A stretch of 62,347 nucleotides of DNA, the filler included. It is 12 parts of 12 records of this genome, joined end to end, with 100 filler letters (N's around TTAATTAATTAA, not from the genome) between each part and the next. Parts side by side here need not be neighbours in the genome. Positions count along the whole stretch, not along the records: positions 53,691 to 57,894 come from SRR7504441_20735; positions 57,995 to 62,347 come from SRR7504441_20738; 10 more parts are not named here. The stretch is one strand, 5' to 3'. The translations under genes and the position numbers were made by a program. The first letter of the stretch is position 1. Each line of letters starts with the position of its first letter. The notes under the pieces are model-generated. The model ran no database searches, had not been told where the DNA came from, and worked only from the letters and a program-made list of their open reading frames with translations. Shown here one piece after another: positions 53,704-62,347 of the stretch.

Positions 53704-56700
53704 ATGGAGCCAGAGGCACCGCTGCCTGCTGTGGACCCATTCGTTGAGCTGAGCCAAGTTGCTGACCAACGAGAGGCAGCTGCAGCGAGTCTGTCAGAGC
53801 TACCTGATCACTTCACAGAGCCGCGCAGCAACAGCCATACCCCTGACACTGCAGAAGGGGTGTGTGAGCGCAACTACGGGCCAGCGGCGGACACTAGGCC
53901 GGCGATGTCCAGTGCGAGATCCTCCACCCGGCAGGTAGGCTGGCAATGCTCGGTGTGTGATCGGCAGGCCAACGGGGTGGTTGACAAGGATGAATGGCTC
54001 GTCTGCCAGCAGTGCAAGCTGACTGTGCACGCCCAGTGCTACGATGGCCTCGATACGCCCCTTCCAGTGCTCGACTGGCTGTGCGATTATTGCAGATTTG
54101 CTCAAGGCTGCACTGATGGAGTGATGGAGGCCCAGCGCTGTGCTGTGTGTGATGGCACTGGTGGTGCTCTCAAACAAGTGCAGCGCTGCACTGCGTCTTG
54201 GGCGCATATCAGCTGCACTGCACGCCAGCTCTCTGCTGGAATCAAGGCCTGCAACCAAACCCACATTCAGGATGTCAAGCCTCGCGAGCTGGAGCCGCCA
54301 CTGCCTGAAATCGACTTTGACGGGGCCTCTTACTTGTGGCATCGGGACCACAATCGGGCGGGCAAAAGGAAACCAGCACAGACCACCACTATGGACGTCG
54401 TGACTGAGTGCCCAAAGTGTAAGAAGACCCCTCTCGATTTCTGTCGAGGCATTCGCGGGCTCAGGGCGCACATTGCACAATGTTCGCGCATTGCGCCTCA
54501 GCCCAAACGGAGCAAGCCCACCTCACAGCCTGGGCAGTCTAAGCAAAGCAAGCCCCCGCCTCAGGCTGGTGGCCAGTCTAAGCAAAGCAAGACCGCAGCT
54601 GCCTCCTCGTCAAAAAAAGCCCCTCCCAATAAAACAAAGGCCAATGGGAAGAACGACGATGGCGGCACTGAATGCTTTGCAGACCGGATCATTGGTGCTC
54701 GTGGGAAGCCCAATCAAGAAGAGTTCTTAGTAGAGTGGACTCCAAGTAGCTGCCTAAGCCGCATCATGACTCTGGGCTGATCGCTCTGTGGCAGGTTGGG
54801 TAGCAAAGAGCAATATTGGCCCAGGGCTGTTGACTGACTGGAAGCGTCCGAATGGGCGGAAAGTGCCCCCTGGATGGCCGCCAGAGGTCAAGTACACTGA
54901 CGTCCTGGTGTTGAATCCCAAGCTGTTTCACATTTTCAAGTCGGGTCATGATTTGACCCCAGGCGTGCAGATCTGCAAGCTACCGGAGACGCATCCAGCT
55001 GCAGAGGACTGTGACGGCGCAAGAGGCCTCTTTGCTAGTATGCGATTCGAAGCTCAACAAACAATAGGGCATTACACGGGTCTAGTGAAAGAGAGGGTCG
55101 AGAACGATGCATCTCAGTTTCTCTTCCCTCTTTCTGACGATGGCGAAGGGTGGGATGTGGATGCGAGCGAGTATGGCAACGAGCTGCGGTTCATCAATGA
55201 TTATAGGGCAGTTGCTGGTCAGCCTAACGCTGTGTTCGAGGTATGCTGCGACCCCCGTACAAGAATGCGAGTCGTAAAGGTCATGGCACTTAGAGCAATA
55301 GCAAGACATAGCGAGGTCGTCATCGACTATGAGACTCACTTTAGGGGGCTGTGGGTCGAAGCATATTTGAAGAAGGCGGAGCAGAGGCTTATCATTCTTA
55401 GGAAGGAGGAAGAGAAGGAAATTGCCAAGCGAGATGCTCAGCATCGATGTGTGTGTGGGGTGCCATACTCCGACGACGCAGCGTACCTATGCTGCGACCA
55501 CTGCAATATCTGGTTTCATTTCGAATGTGTCGGACTGGCAAAGAATGCCAAGCTTAAAGGATCCTGGTTTTGCCCAAGCTGCGAGAAGAAAATCTCCGTT
55601 GCGACAGTTTTTCAAGATTATGCAGGGAAAGAAGTGGCTGTGCGTGTGCAGTCTGGGAAGCAGGTCCGGGGGCTCCTCCTGTATGATTATGGGCTGCAAG
55701 CTGCCTTTGTATCAGCCTCTGCAGATGATGGTGAAAGAGCTACGCTTTTGTCACTGGCTGAGTTCGAGGCCCTGGGCAAGGCCAAGAGCCGGAAGCCTGA
55801 AGCAAGTATTTACGCGGTGGATGACGGTGATCAATGCAGTCTCCTCCAAGCAGCCGTCAAGGCAGCCACTGGAGGCGAGGCGACTTCAAAAGGCATCTTA
55901 GGACTAGAGGGTGGGCAATATCACATTTCACAGTGTCCAGCTACCAATAACGAGACACTGACTGAAATGGCACGAGATCTTGGTGTTACTGACCACATGC
56001 TGCTCCAATTAAACAAGCATCGGTACACCGGCCTGAAGTTAACATCGAGGCTCATCCAGGGCACGCTAGTCTCTTTTGCTTTTCGAACCAAAGATCATTC
56101 CGCCGATGATGATGATACACTGACGCGGATTGCACGTAAGTTGAACAGCGTTCCAGGTGGCTGAGCGTGCTTTAGCTGGGACTGGGACCTGTGGGTTTGG
56201 CCCACTTTAGTGCTAGAATTCGCCCATCGGCTTTGCTTTGGTTCACTCTGTTGCTGCAGGTGTATTACTCAAGCTAAACCAGCACCGATACAATGGGCTG
56301 ACAATCAGTTCTAAGCTCGTTCAGGGCACACGTGTGTGTGCCCCAGCGACAAATACCCAGGCTGAGCGACTGATAGCAGCTGTTCAGCATGTGGCCGCGC
56401 CTTCTAAACAGATGAAGCCTACAACCGTCACAGCTGATGGCGCGGTGACGATTTCCTGCCCTAAGTGTGGCAAGACCGCAGCTGAGTTCCCCAGTGGGCC
56501 TGCCGGGCTACGTAATCATATGACACAGTGCAAGGGGTCCAAACCTCGGAAGCTGCTGCCTCAGCTGTCCCATTTGGCTGTGAATAAAAGTACAGTCGAG
56601 TGTCCCAAGTGTGGCAAAACGATTGACGACTTCTACAGTGGATACCGTGGCCTCTGCATGCACATTGTAGTCTGCAAAGCCGTCACTAAATTTCGTCGGC

Positions 56701-57894
56701 CAAAGAAGAAGCCAAACATTGCGTTGACACTAAATACCGAAATTGTGCGTAAAAGTGCAGGGTTTGTACCTCCAGTGCCAAACCAGTGCCCAACCTGCTC
56801 CAAGACACTTGCAGACTTCAAGGAGAAAGGTGAGGCTGGCTTTATGTCTCACGTCAACTCCTGCCGGAAGACTCAGTCGACCATTGCTCATACTGCGATT
56901 GTCAATGCTATAAAGATCGCTGCTTTAGGAGCCAGCTGGGGTGAGTGTGAGCTCGCGAGTCATTTGCAAATGTCGAGATCAGATCTAAATCTGTTTATGA
57001 AATCAAAAGACCAACACTCCGTGTTCTGCACTAATCCAGCTAAGAAGCGATTCCCAGAGTTGACAAGGAAAGCCTTTGATTGGGTGACTGGTCACTCTTG
57101 CAGGGCATGTTGTGAATCTTCGCCGTTGATGGTGGCGCATTTGCTCTGCGAAGGATGCTATCAAGTGCTAACGGTATCGGAGTCAGGGACTGAATGGCTC
57201 GCAAAGCAGCAGAACATCGTGAAGGACCTCGATCTGAACGCTGACAACAGTGTGCTGCAGCTGAGAATTGCGTCTGAGAATGAGCATGCTGTATCATTAG
57301 TCAAAGAAACGCAAGCTGCAGCTGCAGCAGCAGAGCAAGAACTGAAGTTATTTGAGGAGGAGAGAAAAATGCTGGCGAAGAAGCAAGATCAAGCTACAGG
57401 CAGCATGAACGAAGCAGAGCGAGCGTTGGAGGTGGCAAAGGCAGCTGGCGATGCCGAGGCTATTGCTGCAGCAGAGACAGCGCTAGCAAATGCACTCAAG
57501 AGCCTTGCTGAAGCTCGGCGTGCATTGGAGTTGCATTGCTCTGGTGATCAACAGGGCGGTGAAGAGTCCAAGAACGACACTGAAAATCAAAAGGGGGGTA
57601 AGAACGACGCCGAAGAAGAAGACTATGACATTGTGTTGGATGCCAGTGGCCCTAGATACAAGTGTCGTTGGAGTGGCTGTGATGCATGCTTCAGTGACAA
57701 AAACAAGATTCGAAGGCACATGATAGTCCATACAGGCGCTCGACCATGGCTCTGTCCGGTGGCCGGCTGTGGCCGCATGTTTTCGCAGGATTTCAATGCA
57801 CGAGCACACTTGAGGCGACACGCCACCAGTGGAGACATCTCAGCTTCAGTCAGCGAGCGCTGTAAGCTGCTGAAGGTCGATGATCCCAATCCTG
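53704..57894 (+). CDS. Multidomain chromatin protein: PHD, chromo, SET, PHD, SAND-like, 2 LysM-like, 4 C2HC fingers, coiled coil, 2 C2H2; 3' truncated
   Basis: PHD (CSVC...CQQC..VHAQCY...WLCDYC), chromo (FLVEWTPSWV..SNI), SET (RGLFA, YTG, VDA..GNELRFIND, EVVIDY), PHD (CVCG...WFHFECVG...WFCPSC) and HTGARPWLC linker. Introns 54746-54794 and 56157-56259. Confidence 0.85.
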
Positions 57895-59218
57895 NNNNNN
57901 NNNNNNNNNNNNNNNNNNNNNNNNNNNNNNNNNNNNNNTTAATTAATTAANNNNNNNNNNNNNNNNNNNNNNNNNNNNNNNNNNNNNNNNNNNNGGCCAA
58001 ACAGCAAGCAGCCAAACATCAAATACCGGGCGTAAAATCGTGGTGGTGCTGACGGGCCCAAATGACCAAAATGAGACGGACGGCGTGAGCTGTCGACCGT
58101 GTCGACAGCTGTCTCGCGACGAAAAGGCGGCCCTTTAGTTGATTAGGAATTCGGGTAAGTTGTTGGGGATTTCATCCATTTCGCGCCGCTAGCCTACCTC
58201 GAGATTAGCTCGGTCCACCGCTAGGGTCGAGTGGCTGCCCGCTGGCAGCCGGCCGAATGCCTCGCCAGGCTAGGGCACTGCGGACAGCGGACGCAAGGCC
58301 GCTGTTACCGGATGAGCGGACCGAGGGCAGGTAGCCCCCAAGCGCCACTATCTTAATTTTAACCTAGGTTATGTGAGCCCTACGGCCCCGAATTTCTAAT
58401 AAATGGACTCATATGCATTAATTTTGATCTCGATGCGTGAGCATTCCATTTAATTCATTTCGACCCCACCTCAATCCATATCAGCTACAAGCGCTTGCAT
58501 CACTTCGGTTGGCGGCGGTTCTCCCATCAGTGCGCTCTCTTGCTCACCTGACTCGGCTACTAGTGACACCTCCACTCGCTCCCCTGCATCCTAGCTCAAT
58601 ATACATACAATTTATAGGTGGCACCGGGAGCGCCTGGTGGAGGGCCATCCCACTCCCACCTCCAACAGTGCGAGTATAGGCATTCAGGCGGGCCTGGAAT
58701 CAAAATATCAATTCAGAGGTAGTTTGGCGACGGGCCTGGACACTCAGGTTGTCGGCGGCAAGGAATTGGATGCATTTTGGTACACTTTGAGTTATCGCAT
58801 TCTCCGCCACGCGGACACGCCGTCAGATGGTAATGCCTGCATACTGATCAAACCACCAGTCACTACAGCATGCTACCGGCAATGCTGGTGGGTACAATTT
58901 GCTTGAAGTCTGTGCACAATGACGGCGTCATTAACAAATTACGACAGCATATGCAGACCGGCAGAGTGGACGGTGGGAGAAGCGGCAGTGGACTCTGGTG
59001 CAGTGCGGATGATACCTGCCGTTCATCAGCAGATGATAGGGTGCGCCTGCACCGGCAGTCGGGAGGATGCCGGAGCTCGCACCAGCGTCGAGAGCAGCTG
59101 TCCAGCTTACAGTAAGCAGCTGGCTCTTCCATTGGACTTACTCCCAAGGGGCAATGTCGAAACGTGGGTTATTATAGTGCTATAGTAGTTGGCTACAAGG
59201 ATATCATAATAAACAATA

Positions 59219-62200
59219 CTCACAGGTTGGAGTCAGGGCAGAGTGGTTTTGGGCTCCAGCACAGATCCACCTGTGCCGACCGATTTACAATGTCGGCATG
59301 TCAAACAAAATTAGTCAAGGGTACCGCAAGGGCAATGTGATCCGAGGAGAAGATTGCATTGGGCAGTGCACTGCTTGATGCCAGCACTGGTGTAGGCACT
59401 GGCTGCAAAACGCCCGCAAGCGTAAATACCTGCCGTTGACACCGATAAGGCTAGCCCAGTCCGTTGTTGGATAGGCATTCGCCTAGTATTGCGTTACGAA
59501 AAGGCGCTGAATCTAGATCGTGACTGTATAGGATAGTGAAGCTTACATCAGGTGGGGCCAGGATGTAGTCAATGCACCCCTTGAACTTGTCAGTATAGTT
59601 TGTAAACTCTGGCTCCTGAACAGCTTCCTAATCAGTGAATGCCCAGCGCAACAATTTTCTAAACAGGGAAAGTGGCCTTGCCATCAGCCATAGTCGCCAT
59701 TGAGGTCAGCTGGATCGGACAAGACGGCCGTACCCATGGAGACTTGCCCTGCCCGGCTACTCAGGTGTAAATTTTGGCCGATAGTGCTACCTTGGGCCAC
59801 ACACCAGCAGTCAGCAGTTGATGCACCTGTAGCCAAGATTCTCGGGTTTCTGCTTATCAGGCAAGTGCGAAACAACCGGGTCGCCAGGTGTTGAGTTAAG
59901 GTCCGCACAGAGTAGCACTGGACAATCTATTGCCCAGAAATGGTCAGATCGGCATGAAGTGCGGGAGCACGGCGGCTCTCGCTGGTGGCTTTGTCAATGG
60001 CGTTCAGCAGAGTCATCGCCTGCACCAAATATTCGCTTACTACAGGCAGGTATTGACCCATACTCCCTTATCAGGCACACACCTGGAGCAGCTTCACGTC
60101 CTCAGCGTCAGTTGAATGGAATAGATGAGCGTTCAGCACCTGCAATTAATGTTAAGAATTACCCCAATGGTACTGGGACCCAAAGCAAGTCCTCGCCTCC
60201 ATCCACCTGCCATCCGTATCAGCGTGAGCCTCAGTAGTACTGCCGTCGGAAAAAGAGGCCACTAAAGTAAAATGTTCTATCAAAAGAGAGACGCTCGGAC
60301 CTCAAAGCAGACCAATTGAGCCACATTGTTAGTAGCAAATCGTGAACCTGACAGAGAGTATCAAGGCTGGGTTGTCAACGCCAAGGTACCGCCATAACGA
60401 ACCAGCTCATTCATCTGGATAACAAGCTGCCAGCCGGCTGTTTGTTAGCGATTCGACGCTAAATCAGACTAGGAGGCCAATATTCCTGTCGAGATTAGTT
60501 CACCTGGTCGCGCTTCTTCAATCTCGACTCCCTGAAAAATCACAGGTCGCTTGCACATGCACTTAGAGGGCCATGCGCCACTAAGTCTGGTTAACTGAAC
60601 ATTACCCTACTGGGGGGTGTTTAGCCTTCGCCCCTCCCTAAGATAGATGTTGCTCGCACCTGTAGAAAATTGCACACCCGTCGCGCTTGGACTTGTGTGG
60701 TCGCTTGGTGTAAACTCCACGATATCTGCCGGCATGTTTTCTGAACAACGCAGGGAAGGTATCTCTCAAAAGCGGTTTATATATCTCTTATCAGGCAGGT
60801 GCCGCACCCAAGCCGTCGGAGCTCAGGTAGAAAATAGTCGCCGTATCTGCCCCATCAACCACAGTCTCACAAAGCTTCTACCCATACAGGAATGTACCCA
60901 TAACAAACTAGTGATGACAGTCTGGCAGCCTTAACGGGATGCCAGGCGGCATTACAGTAGGGCTGTTCACCGGTCTACTTCCTGGAGGCAAAGCAAATCA
61001 GCGTCCAGAGCCACTAATTCCTGCAGCCGGGCACGTGTTAACCCCACACTCCTTGCAGGAAGGCGTGCCTGGAGCAGGTTGACCCTCCGGAACTCCCAAC
61101 TCAGGTAGGCAGCGCTGCCCCCCGAAGCTATTCCCTTCCTAGGACAAGGGTCTCACTTGCAGTACTGAAACCACTCGGGTCGGGCGTAGGCATCTGCTAA
61201 GATATTGTACTGCTCACCCACAAGCAGTCAGGCCTTTTTTAAAATATCATTCTGGTACCTGCACCACACGAAGGGGAATCCCCCGTACTGGGCCACAGCT
61301 GCCATAGGGGTCATGCTGCCATTTCAATTGACAGACCGACGCCAGGAGCGTATGCTTGGACCTTGATCAAGGTAGTTCTGCACTCGATGCCGCTGCAAGG
61401 ACGATTAATGATCACTCCAATGCCCCAGATAATTACAGCCATGCTGCTATCAGCAAAACCAAAACAATGGCTTACCTGACCGACCTGGCAGCGCCACTCC
61501 AGGAGCAAACTATGCACCTATTCATCTTGATCAGCCAATCATTTATTCTTTGGTCTCACCAACTCCGAGCCGCGTTGATGCTCAGCTTCACTCATGAGTG
61601 TCACTGCCTTCCGGAGGACCTGAGCTCCAAGTCAAGCTCAACCCTACACTTTCACACACCGGCGGGCGCAGCCGTAAACGACCAGCCATCTGCCAGTCAG
61701 CTGTCAAATCATAAAAACAGAATCCGTCACACCTGCGACCACGCAGCCGAAGGTGGGCAGCGTAGTGCGGCCGCCATCTCGTGCCATCTGCCAAATCCAC
61801 TGTTGGCTGCACTAGTCACTGGCCAGGCCCACCTTCCCCAACTGCCGCTGGAGCTCCACGCCCTGAGCACCGACTGGGCCGCCCTGTCCCCAGAGTGTGC
61901 GCCTTCTCGGAATATTTCGCACCGCGAGGCGTGGCTGACTCCCCGCCAGCGGCCAAACCTGTCCCTCACGGCTGATGCTCGGTGTCACTAAACCAGTTAC
62001 CCGGCCGATAGCCGCGAGCGTCCCCGTCCGAACTTTACCTGCTGCAGTGGCCCAGCGTCTGGCCTGCCTCCCCGTGTGATTGATCGATCAGGCACAGGAG
62101 CGCGCTAACAAGCACATCGGTCCAGGGAATCAACCCACCGGTGCCGCTGCCGCAAACTGATCGACACCCGCGGCCAGCTGCCCCCCCCGGGCGGTCAGTG

Positions 62201-62347
62201 TGTTTCACGGGCAGAACACTCGTGCGCACCCTCGCTTCCAGGCCTGGAGCGCTTGCCGGGCGTGCGAGGCCGCAGCCGGGCCGAGGGTAAGCCCCTCGGT
62301 TGCTGGCTCCTCTGGCACAGCACCGGTCTGTTCGGCCGCACTGGTGG
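59219..62347 (-). CDS. CCR4/Angel/PDE12-family EEP nuclease, many small exons with longer introns; 5' end outside window, 3' end uncertain
   Basis: Ordered exon motifs YNILADAY, WEFRR.NLL, DADLLCLQEVD, DGCAIFYR, NNVAQL, NAHL, DVKLLQ, LCADLNSTP, FTNYTDKFKGCIDYI and LPN.IFSSDHIAL. Missed by the ORF track. Confidence 0.8.

Overview
This is eukaryotic (protist-like, GC-rich, gene-dense) genomic DNA. It consists of 12 contigs joined by 11 artificial N-TTAATTAATTAA-N spacers, so gene order across spacers carries no meaning. About 30 protein genes can be rebuilt by hand once very short introns (mostly 36-45 nt) are spliced out. Many of these introns use GC instead of GT donors and have a G-rich 3' end rather than a polypyrimidine tract. 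Several head-to-head gene pairs have only 37-60 bp between start codons. Recognisable products: tandem SSSCA1/p27-type repeat protein, phytochelatin-synthase-like protein, FG-amidohydrolase/DUF924 fusion, ankyrin proteins, E2-F-box-TerD protein, S8 subtilase with PA/EGF/CUB, DNAJC3-like co-chaperone fused to LamG modules, bacterial-type KdgK kinase, signal peptide-SAM-TM protein, RPC31, an intron-containing tRNA 2-selenouridine synthase (SelU/MnmH), CdsA, WDCP-like, BTB, NIPA, RING-CC-FN3-SPRY, a CAMK-type kinase, a PHD-chromo-SET-LysM chromatin protein and a CCR4-family nuclease. The most notable observations are the spliced eukaryotic SelU, the unusual intron grammar, the ultra-compact bidirectional starts, an AUG-less N-terminus, and an intergenic TAC-NN-GTA palindrome family. 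I found no rRNA, tRNA, CRISPR array or transposase. All domain calls come from motif recognition by eye, not from database searches, and the taxon cannot be determined from this window.
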